The position numbers were made by a program, and so were the translations under genes. The notes beneath the pieces are model-generated. The model searched no databases, had not been told where the DNA came from, and saw nothing but the letters and a program-made list of their open reading frames with translations. From Auanema rhodensis (taxonomy: Eukaryota; Animalia; Nematoda), in NCBI GenBank assembly GCA_964057225.1, contig OZ059899.1, positions 12,214,001 to 12,278,000 of the forward strand: a stretch of DNA of 64,000 nt, in the 5' to 3' direction. Positions 16,238 through 29,660 of the stretch are shown piece by piece (position 1 is the first letter of the stretch; every line of letters starts with the position of its first letter).

Positions 16238-19200
16238 AATAGATAGGCATTCGTACCTGATCTTTTAAAAATAAGCATTAATTTTCATTTTAGAAACTTA
16301 ATTTATTCGAAAATAATTTATTTATATGTTGTGTGAGCATGTGATTGAAGTGGTGGTTAGTGTGCTTTGATATATTTTCCACTTTTTTTCGGTTTTTGTA
16401 AGTAATATTAGGTATTTTACTTTCCGTAATTCTCTTTGGTATATAATATATATATATATGTATATGTATACATATTTTTATTTATTTATTGTTTGATAGC
16501 TAGCAATAATGAGTAAGTTTGGCTTATAAATAAGTTAGTAATATAGTAACCGTATTCATAATCAAAATTTTCATACACAGCAATACGAAAAATAGAAAAT
16601 TTATTGACTTTCGAGGAATAGTATACTCGTGATTCTAATTTTCTTTTAAAAATATAAAGAAAAAATGCCGATTGTCATGTTTTTCATTCGAACAGCTTTA
16701 CGTATTTACTTTTTCTGATGGTTTTTGAGAATTTGGATTATGAAGCTTGATCGATTGAAATATGAACAGCATGAGCAATATGATTTTCTTTTTATTTTAG
16801 CAATGTAAATCGTATACTAACAGCTTCTTTTTAGTTTAATAAACATCAGTTTTATCGTTTTAGGATATACCACAATGCACTTTGCAAAGTATTTTCTTAG
16901 AACATATCTTATCTACATAAAGAACGTACAAAGAAAATTGAAAGGCAATGAGTTTGATAAGGGAAAACAAGATCAGATACGAACTGTTCAGAGCATTTTA
17001 TGTCAAATGTAACGAACATTTAAACAATCAGGTTACTGTGCCATCATTTATCTGAATGTTAATTCCTTTTCCTTCTGTATCTTCCCGCCTTGAACACACT
17101 TGTTTCCGAAAAAGGTCGCATGGCCGTTTTAGGAAATAGTATTTGGGTCTCATCTTCATTTCTGTAAACGGACCGTTTAGTTCATGCTGGCCTAGATCAT
17201 TTTGAATGATAGGATAATAGTTTAATCGGAGTCCCGGTTCTTGCTTTTCCTAATTTTCTTTATTTGGGTATTTAATCGTAGTCAAGATTTCCGTTTCCTT
17301 AGTTTCAACTAGTACTAACAAACATCTCCAAAGAGTATTTGAAATGTTCATAATCTTCCGCACCCTATCAAAAGCTTCGATTCAAGTCTGGATTAAAACA
17401 GATTTTTTTTCTTCGGAAGTCGTACCCCCTAGAGCCATTCTCTAGGATCCGTATATCTGGATCGTTCGACACATCTCGATGGCCATAATTGTGGCGAGAA
17501 GACTTATTCTCTCTCTTCGTTGTCGGTTGAATATTTTTCAGCGGTGTCTTGTTAGAAAACTGTCTATTGGACAGCAAAAGAACTGGAAAAAGTCGAGGAA
17601 AAGCTGTTAGCAGATGAATAAAAGATTGTGAACGCGAGAGCGGATTTTCAGACAACCATAGCTACCAATGCAGATGACGACATTTAGAGGTGAAGAACCC
17701 GTTACTCGATTCTCTTGCCTTCTTCTATTTTCCCTTCCGTTAACTAATGACCGACGAACTGGAGACCAGTTCACCTGTGGGAAGAGCCAAAAAATGATAC
17801 CCCTCTATATACACATTATACTTTTAATCTTATGATTCCTAGTCTGTCATCTCTTGCTGCTTCTACATGGTAGTCTGGATTTTTGATGCATTTGTAAGAC
17901 AGTATTGCCAGAAGAGATAAGCGAACCATGTGATCAAGCTAACAACTTCTCTTATCAAATCTTGTCTTTTTTGCTGGCTATAAATGGTAATTGATGCTTG
18001 CCAGACAGCCAGACAGACAAACAACCCAGCGAAGCTTACTCAAATCCGGTCATTTGTGGGAAAAATGGCCTGTTCGCTAAAATAGAAAAGATCGTTTCGC
18101 TCGTTCACGCCTAAACCATGCCTGAATATAAAAGAAAGTGCAGCATTACCTAGATTTGGTTTTCTCCATCCCTTGGGAGAAATTGCACAAGTGATACGAT
18201 CCTTTTTAAGTTTCAAACAGTTTTAAGTTTTAATTAAGATGTTGAATAAGCTGAACTGACCAAAAATTTACTCTTTCATAACTCTTGTTTCAGATATCTT
18301 CAGCTGTTTTTATAAGCATTGTCAAATGATAATTAATAAATCAAAAAAAAGTATTCGAGAGAGAGAGCTTCGATGAAAACTTTAACGGCAAGCCGAATTG
18401 AGATAATTAACAAAAACATGTGATAATGGCGAGAAGATGGGAAAACGGCGGAAGCTTGTTCAAAAACTTTGGAATTTTAAACAGTTTTTTTTTCAGTTTT
18501 AAAGCTATACGATTATTGTACATCAGCCATATCAACAGGAACGGGAGTAGTTTAAAACATAGGAAGCAAAGATTAGAGGAAATGCATATCTTTAGTTCTT
18601 ATTTTTTGTTAAATTCAAAGTGATGATTTTCTTTTTTTTTTATTCCATTTAGCATTAACAGTTTTTCAACGAGAACACTTGAATATCATAACTCCCAACG
18701 TTAATATCAAAAATAAATTAAAAATTCGATTATCATCATAAAATTGGAAAAGGCAAATGAAGCTTTCTAAATTAGAGAACTCTATTTATAAAAGTGCAAA
18801 TACAATAATAAGTTCAAAAATTGACTACGTCAAATTCAAATTTCCATTTAAAAAACGAAGAAATTAAACTTAAAGATAATGAGCTGTTTTTTATTTTTTT
18901 AATTTCAAAAATGCAACCAATTTCATGCAAATATGAAGTTTAAATGAATATCTGGCATTATGCCAATTTTCTCCAATGCAAGCACCGAAGTTGAAAATTT
19001 CTAGTAAGCTTTATCACAACGATTTCTTTATAATCTTAATCATTTTTAGATTTTCTACCCCGCAAATCTGCATATCCCTTTTCAGATTTGATGAATATAA
19101 ATCTTTTTTTCTTCCTATTCTATGGGCGAAGTTTCTAGCGTTCATGTGCATTTGCTTGAGAATGAAATTTGCAAAGTAATTGTTTAAGACTGAAAGTCAA

Positions 19201-20156
19201 ATAATACTTATAATTCATGGTGGTTGTTATATATCTGTTGATATATAAAGAGAAATGAATATATATATATATGGATTGAATGGTTAGGAAAAATCAACTA
19301 AGTACCAGAAGCAAGAGTAGGTCCAAAGCAATGTTTTGATCAAGATGTTACTACTAACCAGCATGCGCCCACAGTTCTATCTTCTGCTAGGCAGTGATAT
19401 TTTTCAGTTTCCCAAAAATATTTTCAGATTCATTCACCCATAGTTTTATCACTTCAGGGCTTCTTTTATTAGGAAGTATATATGCAAATACCTATACTTT
19501 ATATCTTTTTTTTGTAGAAAAAGAAATAAATAATAGATTTATCTATTTTTAGTTTTTTTTTATGAATTAATGGTCAATACTGTACCTTATCTTTGCTTTG
19601 TTTTCAACTCTTTGTTCCTTTGGAGATGAAACTTTGACTTTTCTAATATTTTATATTCGATGATAGTCTAAGACAGACATCATTTGCAGATGAACGATTC
19701 GTTTGACCTGTTTTTTTCGCCAGCCAACAGCGATCACACAGCCCACCCGCGTTGATAAGTTTGTTACTTTAGGGTTTCAAGAAAACAAATAGAAAATATA
19801 TTTTTATTGTTTTAAAATAAAATTTAAAGAACTTCATATGTATGCTGATGAATGATATCAATCATGATTCGAAAATTATTTTGTAGTAGTTTTCTAAATA
19901 TTGTTGATTTATTCTTTTCTAATTCAACTCTAACAGAAAAAAAGATTTCTTGAAAATGATTATACATTGGAACTTCCTTTGTAATCTTAACATATCTCAC
20001 TCTATTTGTTATTGTCGATTACTCTTTTTCCTTATCGCTTGTCACGCATCTAACACCTAACGCAATGAGGACGTACTGGCCTACTGAGCCTGGTACCGAG
20101 GACGGTCGAACACTATTCATGGACATGGGCAGGATTTGGAGATATCTCAGAATCAA

Positions 20157-20235
20157 TGTCCAAGGATAATTTATCAGGATTGTGTCTGGTATTGTGGGAT
20201 ATGAGACAGATCAGGAATAGGGGTTGTCCTTGGCA
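20157..20235 (+). ncRNA. Candidate pre-miRNA-like hairpin
   Basis: About 30 bp formed in 79 nt by manual folding (CCAAGGAUAA/UUGUCCUUGG, GAUU/GAUC, UGUCU/AGACA, GUAUU/GAUAU, 4-nt loop); G:U pairs favour the + strand. No known mature sequence recognised. Confidence 0.4.
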
Positions 20236-23200
20236 AATTGTTATGATTCACCCAAATGTTTTGAAAAAACAAACTATACCGTACCTCCCACCAAAAGACG
20301 TTCCAGACTGTATCTCAAGAGATTAACTCTTCTGTTTATATCTGTGTTAATAATATATTTTTAAAATGAATATTAGAGTTGGATATTTGAAATTAAAAAA
20401 GGCGTGGGAGTTGTGAATTGAACAAAAAGGAAATGTCGAAGAATCTTTGCTGGTCAAAACATTGAAAAAAAATGGTTTAAGAGTCGTTTGTAAAGAAAGT
20501 GCAAGGCACGGTAAAAGAAAGTGAAGACTGAACGACATGATTCGGTCAAGAAAGGGAAATTTTTTCATCCTTTTCTTATTCAATATTATCATCTCATCTC
20601 TTCTTTGACGTCTTCTCATTTATTTTAGTTCCAATTCGGTCAATGCATTTGAAACAAGTGGGAAATACGGGGGTTAGGAGAAAGGCGACTTGTACGAGTG
20701 AAGTGATTATCACCAAGTACTTATAGCCGTTCGTTGAAAAAGTATCGAAAAATTTTTTTTCTCCCTGATCAAGTTTGAACAAAAAAGGTTTCATGTATAC
20801 GTTGAAGTGAACTGCTTTGCTGATATATACGATGAGCCGATGCGAAGCATGAACTCGTAAGCTAAAACCTCAAATCAGGTGATTTTATTCGAAACTGCTA
20901 AGTTTTTTTCACATCAGAGATTATAGAAAAATGCGGAAATGTTGCGTATTCTAAGTTTCCAACTTGTTAATTATAGATAGAAACCTTTCAGAAATAATAA
21001 AACAATAGTGAATCATATGTAAAGGTAGAAGAAATTTAATCCAGATCACCCGGATTAGGCGGGGATGTCGAATTAGGCGCTTTAAAGGCTAAAAATTGCT
21101 GTTGATTCTTTGGCTTCAAAGCTTCAATCAATCCCTTAGAATATTAGAATATTGAAATTTCGTTTTATGCTGTATTTAATCAGGTTTTCCAAAAGGCTCT
21201 GTTCATTACGAACCGAGCATTAATATAAGCTGGTAGATTAGAACGTATTCAAGCTCTAAATTAACAAAATTATAATTTCCGATTACCGAACAGGAATGCT
21301 ATTGAACCAGGAAAAAATACTGAAATCAAGATATTGTGTTGTTGACAGCTAATCTTGAATCTTTTTGATTCTTTTCTTTTACTTGTCTTTTTTTTTTCTG
21401 CTTTTTCCAACGTGTATCATCTCTCATTCTTTTTCTTCTTCCTTCTAGCTAGTGCAAATGCTTACGGATAGACATGCATCTGTCATGAAGTTGAAGGCGA
21501 CAATGAATAAGACGTCGTCGCTCGTCTTCGTCTTCATCTTGGACATCGTCATCGTCTTCGTAGTCTCTGACCGCCTCTTGATCGTAAGACTGTGATCGCT
21601 GCGGATTGAGTACTGAGAAAACCCGTTCTCTACTAAATATCAATTGTTGCACTCATCTGACTTTCACCCAATATTTCCAAACAAGCTAAGCCTATTTGAG
21701 AGACCAAGCCAAAAAAAAAGAAAAATGATTCATTAAGCTTGCTTCTCTCGTTTCCATTCTCGTAATAGATTCACCGAAGCTGTGATGGAGTTTCTGTATC
21801 TAACTTGGTGTTTATCCGCCAATTGCCGTCGGTTGTCCTCTGATCAAACAACAATGGAATTGTCATTAACTGAATTTCCATGGTCAACCAGATGTTGTGC
21901 AATATACTCGAAGGAGTTGTTCGAAGGAGAAGAAGAATGAGAAGAACAATCATCTCTATCATCTTCTAATCTAACGTTTTTTGAGTCAACTAACTATACG
22001 TATTGTTTCGCAATCTCAGTTCTCTTCGTCTACCATCTAACCTAGAAGTACTATGTCGCCATCATCTGGAGTAAAAGTGACGATGCAAGAAAACGAGTAC
22101 GAGCGACATCATCATCTTCTATTGGAATTCTTTGTTTGAGTAGTTTCATCATAGGTCAAAGTCTCAGATGTGCGAAACACAGCAGAGCAAGATACGACCA
22201 ATCAGTACTTCTGGTATCAGTTGAAACATTCTTTGTCATATCAGTAGTTCCAGAAAAAGTTTTCCGAGAAGAAATAGAAATAGTACCAGATGTTTCTCCC
22301 TTCTTTATTTCTCTTTTGTTTTTTCGCTCAAAACTTCAGTCAACTCTTCAATATCTCAATCCCTGAGTTTTTGTTATCCAAGGGCCTCTCATGCTCACAA
22401 CACAATCTTCTCATATTCTTTTACTTTTTTGATTAGTGTATTACCTCAACTAGTTTAATCTCAACATTCTTTACATCCCACATCCGAATTTCGAAAACTT
22501 TTTTGTTTCTTCGACTTGGCTATCAAAATCTCATAAATCTATTGAAAGATAAACAATGCATAATGCAGCTTAAAACGGTCAACTAATACCAATTGTTGTG
22601 TCGGAATAACACTTTCCTGTGTCATTTATCAATGAATTAATATATTTAAATTAATTTATAATCATAATAGAACAGAAAAAAGAAGTTCGATTAAATTCGA
22701 ATACGAAAATATTATTTTGTTTATCAAAATTTAACCAAACAAATTTGATTCGAAAAACTTTCTAATAGTATTAATAGTTTTATTGTTTCTTATAAACTTC
22801 ACGTGGGCAATTGCAATGGCGCGGTCTATACGTGAAATCTCACGTCACGTCATATAACCTGTCAAGTATTTTCGCGGCATTGGCATGATGAACGGTTGCA
22901 TTTTCTCTCCCACTTCGTTCTTTCTGTCCTTTTTGCCGTTGTTATTGCTTTTTTTTGTTTTGTTTTGCTGATTATGTTGCAAATTCACTTTCAGAAATTA
23001 GTTCAAGTTGCATTTGTACTTGTATTTTTTTTGATTGATGAAATTGCTTTGAACTGAGGTTTAGATAGTAAAAGCATGATCAATCCCATTATCATGATTA
23101 GACTTTGAATTCATTAAGTAGTAATTATCTCATTTTTCCCTTTCAAAGACATCTTTTTGAAGAATTCCATGGCACAAGAGTTGATTATTTTGATCAAAGA

Positions 23201-23680
23201 ATTTTTTCTTTTTTTATCATTTCAAGATTTTGTGATCTATAGTATTGAGATATTCTTCTTTTTTAATTCGAATAAATTTTTTTAAATCTTTCCTTTCACG
23301 AATTCGTTGAATTCCAATATATATATACGTTAATACAGTATTTCTACGATTGAAAAGCTCAAAATCATGTAAGTCAGACAAAATCTGTTTTTATTGTGAT
23401 TTGTTGGATTGAAAGACCATTTTTGAAGCTTTATCTCAAGTGTCTAGCTTTTACATGCAAATCCTCATTCTTTATTCGTTTCTTTTTTTGGCTTCCAATA
23501 CGCAAGCATTGTCATTCCGCTCACATGGTATATCATGTTTAACACGTTTTCTTGAAAGTAAGACAGACAAAATTCAAATTAATCCTCTTTTATATCTCTA
23601 TTGTAGTTTCTTATATATTTATTACGTTTGCGCAACTTATCTATCCAGTTTAAAGCCAAATAGAAGATAATCATAAGCAA

Positions 23681-23856
23681 GACGATGTTCATGTAGGAGG
23701 TGGAGCTAAAACAACGAAATCATCGTCAGACTCCCGGCAAAAGTGGGCGGGGTACGTAGTCGCGCAGTGGTCGACTCCGCCTATCGAGCCCTCTGTTGGT
23801 GTGCTGGGCTAGTCGAGGATTCGGTTGTCTTATCGGCTCCTCCTAGTCCAGAGTCA
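23681..23856 (+). ncRNA. GC-rich multi-hairpin block (structured ncRNA or enhancer)
   Basis: Three consecutive stems: 23681-23687/23721-23727, 23745-23753/23774-23782 and 23806-23812/23843-23849 (with inner GAGGA/UCCUC). Also contains a GTGGGCGGGG GC-box. Confidence 0.25.
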
Positions 23857-24991
23857 TGGAATTCTAAGCGGTTTTGCTTTCAATTACTTTTAGGAATGGA
23901 CAATGAATTCATTTAATTAAACTTCTTTCGTCTTTCCTTTCTTTAGAACCGTATCATATCTACGCTATTTCACTTCTCTCATATCCTCTATCAAATAATT
24001 CCAATTTTTGCTCAATGAGCTTTTGAATCGGTTTCGATTTAACATCTTCTCTCCCTCCTATTCCTCTTCAAGATTACGATCGAGAAGTCTGATATATCAT
24101 ACCAAACTCTTTCTTATCGTAAATATCGGTTGGAATTTTAATGAAAAAAACAAGCAATATCTTTAATTTTCTCTGGAATTCTGTTTGAATTTTAGTTATT
24201 CTCGTTTGAAATCATTATCAACAATCATCCATATTACCTTCTCTCCTCCTTTCTCCAGGGTTTCATTTGTTTTCGCTATTTTTCTGTATTTCTCTTTGCT
24301 ACCACAACTCTCATTCTCTCTCACGTTATCTCTCATACATTCTCTTTCTTCTGCTACCTCGCTCTCCTTCTCTCTCTCTTCTCCTTTCTTACTCTCTAAT
24401 TTTCCCGGGGATTGCCGTCCTCGAAGACTGTCCGTTTACGGGTTTCCCTTTCGATCTTCTAACTCCACAACCGGTCGTCACACCACTAAGAGACGTTGGC
24501 TAACTGGACGTGCCATTAGATTCTCTCGGCCCCATTCCCTTACTTGGCTAGGTGCCCAACACCTGCCGATCAGTCTCATTTGAAAGAACTTGGCGTCATA
24601 AATCATTTTTTCGGAAATATCTAAGCTCAAAGTGCCGTGCACTCTTTATCAAATTAAATCAAAACAGACATGATTGCCGAAATGAAATTGTAATTATATT
24701 TTTCGTCAAATCTTATCATTTTATCATATTTTTTCATGAATTATATGTATATATAATACGTAATTTCACCTAATTTTATATATTACGTAATAATTTAAAC
24801 TGAATTTATTAACTAAAGTCACATTTTCTCATCATTTTTTTCTTTTTTTTTATGTTTTTGATATATTACGCCAACAGCTGTTCAATCTTTTCTTTTTTAA
24901 TTTGAATTAAATTTTATTTTCAGATTCCTTAGACTTCAGCTCAAGTTGTCTGTTGTTGATTATCAACGTATAGCTTCATTCGAACTTAAAA

Positions 24992-25327
24992 ATGAAATTT
25001 TTCATTCTCTTTGTTATGCTCATCAGCTTTGCTTTGGCCAGACCGCACTATAAGGACAGTATATGTAAGTTTTTATTTGAAGGTTCTTCAAATTTCTATT
25101 AAAGTTTAAAATCTTATAAATAAAACTTTTATGACTATAAGTAAAATTTAAAGACTTATAAGCTTTAAACGAGAGCTTTATACCTGACAAAGACCTTAAC
25201 AAGGTTGGAGGTCAATGAAACTCCCATATCCATTAGCAAAGGACATCCGTAATTGACAAAGAGACCAAGGTTTAACAAAGCTTGAAAATCTCAAAGATGT
25301 GTTTCACTTTCAAACAATCAGTACTTC

Positions 25328-25370
<43 letters not shown>

Positions 25371-26638
25371 TGTAATGCAATTTGTTTTCAATTTTAAGAG
25401 GCTTTAGATCAAATTGCCTTTATATGAAATTATATTTTCAAATTATTTTGAGAAATACTATCTTTTGTCGTCATTTCATCCCTTATTAGTTTGAGAAATT
25501 TTCTTGTATTTTATAGTTCACTCATCATGCTTAAAAAGGAAATACAAAGATCAAGCATGACGTAATGGTTGCATCAATTTTAATGTTGTCAACTTAAAAC
25601 TTTAGCTTTTTTGGCAATTTTCCAAGGTTGTATTGCTCGTTGATGGAGTGGAATGTGTGCGTAAGGGAAATGATATCAGTACATTTTTATTAGTTTTCAA
25701 TTGGATTTAAATATTTTTGAGAAAAAAATAGATTGAATTATGAGATTTACACAACGTTTGCTCGCACTACTTGTTAAAAGTTTAATTTCAAACATCGAAC
25801 GTCATCAAAACAATAATATATATGATTAGAGTGATAAGATTAAATATATCTATGTATATATAGATATCTTTAGTTATGTCATAATATAATTTAAAATTTT
25901 GAGAGAAAGGAGAAAGCTTAGAGACTTTACAGCCTACCTCTGACACCCCCTCAATGTGTAGTCATACTAATCTAAAAATATTCATATTTTGTCTAATAAT
26001 GATGGATTATATAAACATCCAACTACATTAAGTACAACAATTTCAAGATATTATCAAGCAATATTTAATCAAAGTAATCTTAATCTGTGAACATTTTCCT
26101 GGATAGAAAATGAAATTAAGAGTCTGATGTTTTCTAGTCGGGACACATGATAACACCCTAGATAAACTTTCATTAGAGCATTATACATACATGTCTTCTA
26201 TTGCTTTTCCTTTTAACTATATGTTATGACTGATTCTAGTGATTGACATCATTTCTGCAGACATATTGTATGAAAATTTATCTTTTTATGAAAAAATTTT
26301 CATAATATTCTTGAACTTTTGCAAGGAGCTATAAAATTGGGTGATAAGACCACAGATTAACTGCTCAAGCGCATGAAAATGAAATTTTAAAACATTTTTC
26401 GAACATTATACAAAAAAATTAAATTAGAAAAGACTTTTAATTACATTGATTTCAAATTTCAGATCGTGATTACGACTACAGACTCTATGAGGATGATAGC
26501 TCCGGAGTTGTTGTAGATCGTGCACTGCCCAAGCACCACCACCACCATCACCATCGTCAGCATCACCACAAGAATTATTTGAAAACCAATAGGATGGAAC
26601 GTGGAGTTCGAAAATTTTTCGATAACTTCCATCTATAA
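24992..26638 (+). CDS. Small (82 aa) secreted histidine-rich peptide, 2 coding exons
   Basis: Exons 24992-25064 (donor gtaagt) and 26463-26638 (acceptor tttcag) join in phase 1: MKFFILFVMLISFALA-RPHYKDSIYRDYDYRLYEDDSSGVVVDRALPKHHHHHHHRQHHHKNYLKTNRMERGVRKFFDNFHL*. Classic signal peptide; upstream ttttcag acceptor at ~24923. Confidence 0.8.
25330..25365. repeat. (GA)n microsatellite
   Basis: Perfect GA run inside the intron of the His-rich gene. Confidence 0.95.
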
Positions 26639-27719
26639 GCCGATGCTTAAACGTAAAATACTTCTTATGACATCTAAGAAACTGTAAAAGCCTCGATTAA
26701 TTTTCAATCGGCTAACGATTTTGCGTCATCATGTGGCTTTGAATAGGAGAATATACCTATATATATATATATATATTCATTCAAGCATCGTCATCATCAC
26801 TATCAAAATCATCATCATCATCTGTATATGTAGCAAAGCAAAGTATATTTTCAATTGGGATCTAGTAGCACATCAAGTAGCATCTCGTATCATATAGTCA
26901 ACTATAGTTTGTATGGCTTTAAGCCAAAAAAGAAAAAAGAAGAGAAGGAGTAACCCTGAATTACATAAGATTCGCCATCATTATTATCATCATCATTACG
27001 TTATAAACTATCGTTATTATCACCATATAAGTGCCGTGACTATCGACAGTGTCGTCAGAACTCTTGATCTCTTGCCGCCAACATCTTATATTCTTCCTGA
27101 TCGGAAACAAAGTTACGCCGAAAACAAGAAGCAGATCATGGAAGAGCACCTTTCTGACGATTGAACATCACGAACCACCTCTACAGCGACATCACACTAG
27201 ATGAATAGGCTGGTGCTACCTGGTGCCAAGGACGTTGGCAGACGTCCAACAACCCTAACACATTGGCTTCTTAACTCTTTAGTCTTTCCTGTGAATCTAG
27301 CTGTTTGATTGTTTCATTTTCTTCTTTTCCCTTCCGTTTTTCTGTGGTTTGTTTCGGCAACCACCACACAGCTCCACAGCACTTGCCATCTCTAATATCT
27401 TTCTTTATATATTGTTTTAGTTATATATATATATATATATAAAACTAAAACAATTGATTATTGCTATCTTATCTATTAAACAATAGGTAATTTAGTGGAA
27501 TAATACCAAAATTTATATGATATTTCGATAAATACCTAACATGCACTATTCAAAATACACACTTAACATATAGAATTACCCTTTGTTATGGCAAAATCTT
27601 TTATCATCTCTCTCGCTACTTCAGCATATCACAGTAGTGGCTACAAGTACTATTAATTCCTGGCTACATCTTTTGATTGAATCCATCTCATTCACCTTCT
27701 ATTTGCCTAGATCCAGTTA

Positions 27720-27720
<1 letters not shown>

Positions 27721-27759
<39 letters not shown>
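27721..27759. repeat. (CT)n microsatellite
   Basis: Near-perfect CT run; a second CT-rich run lies at ~28139-28190. Confidence 0.9.
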
Positions 27760-27760
<1 letters not shown>

Positions 27761-29643
27761 TTATCAATGTCTTAATGTTCTATTTTTAGTTGTAGAACAA
27801 GAATCTTTTATGTGATTTCATATTCTATTATTTTTCTTTTTCAATCATACATCAGTTCCTTAAATCTGCTTCTAGGAGTATATCACTGAGATACTTCGTC
27901 TTTCGTTTCCTGAGCTTTCTCATGTTTTTTTCTCTTTGTTGGCATTTTTAAAAAAAATCCAATTCCTTTCTTGTTTAAGCCTAATTCCCATATACTCAAG
28001 CTTTACTTCTCATGGTATTTGGCTAAGCATGATATTTCAACAACAGCCTCTATTCATTCTTTGATCTTATAAGATAAAAAATTGAAAGAGCAAGACTCAC
28101 CTTACGAATATTTGAATTATCCCCTTCCTTCTACCCTTCCTCCCTCTCTCTTTCTCTCTCTTTCTCTCTCTCTCTCCCTCTCTCTCTCTCTTTTTTTTTT
28201 GAATTAATTTCCTTTTTCATTATTTATTTTGCTTTTGCTTACTTTTATAGATGTTCATTCTTTTTTTTCATGCTTTGTGTTTAAATTTTTAATTTTTCCG
28301 CTTCTTCTCTTTTCATCTTTCATTTGTTAATTGCTCAGACATAATACTACGATCTCTTCTCGTAGCCATAATAATTAAAATAGAACTGATCAAGATGTTT
28401 TATCAGTTATTTTTTCAGAATATTTATCTAAAATTGTGTTATACACCTGTAATATTATATCCATATACCTTATTGATTACATCATCCATACTTCTGTACC
28501 AGCTTTGTATATATCAGCATTTTAAAAATAAGATGAGAAACAAATTATATTTATCTAATATTGTTAAAACCATCGTTGATAAATAAATACTTATTCTCCA
28601 TGTATTTCGTTTGACTTGTTCTCAAGGAAGTGTTGCTGTGTAATGAGGTATTCTTCGTAATGATTTACGGAAGCCCTCGTAAGTCTAATGTAGCTAGTTC
28701 ATGCTGCATGATGTCATCCAGCGAAATTCCCACGCAGAAGCTTGGTTAACGTTCTATTTAAAGGAAAAGACGAAACAAATAAAACAACGAGAAATGAAAG
28801 CACAATGACGTACTTGCATTGCTCGATAAACTAAATTGAATTTAATCATTGAATTATATGGCGCCACAAAGCACATTTCTGCTTCTGCGTGTTTTCGCGA
28901 GAGTATTACGGTACAATCTGACCTCACAATCCAATGCGCTGATCAAGGGGAACTAGTAATATCTGAATTACAGATACTACAGAATAGAACTGAAAGCCTA
29001 CAGATTTTCAAAACACAAACAACGTTCAATCAAAATTGCTTCGGAATTTTTCGACCTGAGTTCCAATAAGAGTTCATATCTTCAAAATTTTCCATCGTTC
29101 AACGCATTCTGATCTTCTACTAGCATCAATCACATAGTGAAAAACAGGAAAACTCTATAAGAATCACTATATAACAAACAAACAACACTAATTAACGTTT
29201 AAAAGCCGAAAGGTTAGAAATTATAGAACATTTTTCCGGCAAACCGAAATAGTCGCGTGATATTCTTGATTATTACCAAAAATATAATATGTAAATGCCA
29301 CATCTTACTCAGTAAAATGTTATAGCATACAACAATACCTAGGTCATTGATTGAAAATCACATTAAGCAAACGATTTCGAAACTATTTCATCTTTGGCAG
29401 AATGAATCATACTTTTTCTCTGATGATTGCCTGTCTTATTTGGAAAATAAATCATTTTGTTCGAATGTTTTCGAATAGGACAGGAAAGGAATCAAAATGC
29501 CTCAGTGAAACAAATTCTTATTTAACTCTTCTTATAACAATAGAAAAACTAAGCAGAATACCACTTTTTTATATAAAAATATGTTTGTGAAATTGTTTTT
29601 ATTTTAGAAAAAGCTTTTCTTTTTTTTTTCAAAATTTCAAAAT

Positions 29644-29660
29644 TTGGCGGGAATTTAAAT
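29644..29660 (+). promoter_or_regulatory. E2F-CHR (DREAM-like) composite motif TTGGCGGGAA-TTTAAAT
   Basis: E2F-like core immediately followed by a CHR-like TTTAAA; motif match only, target gene unclear. Confidence 0.3.

Noticed and set aside
21885-21905. TATTGCAC (miR-92/235 seed) on the minus strand
   Set aside because: The rest of the sequence does not match miR-235 and no hairpin is evident.
22360-22385. TCCCTGAG, the lin-4/miR-125 family 5' end
   Set aside because: No complementary arm to form a precursor hairpin.
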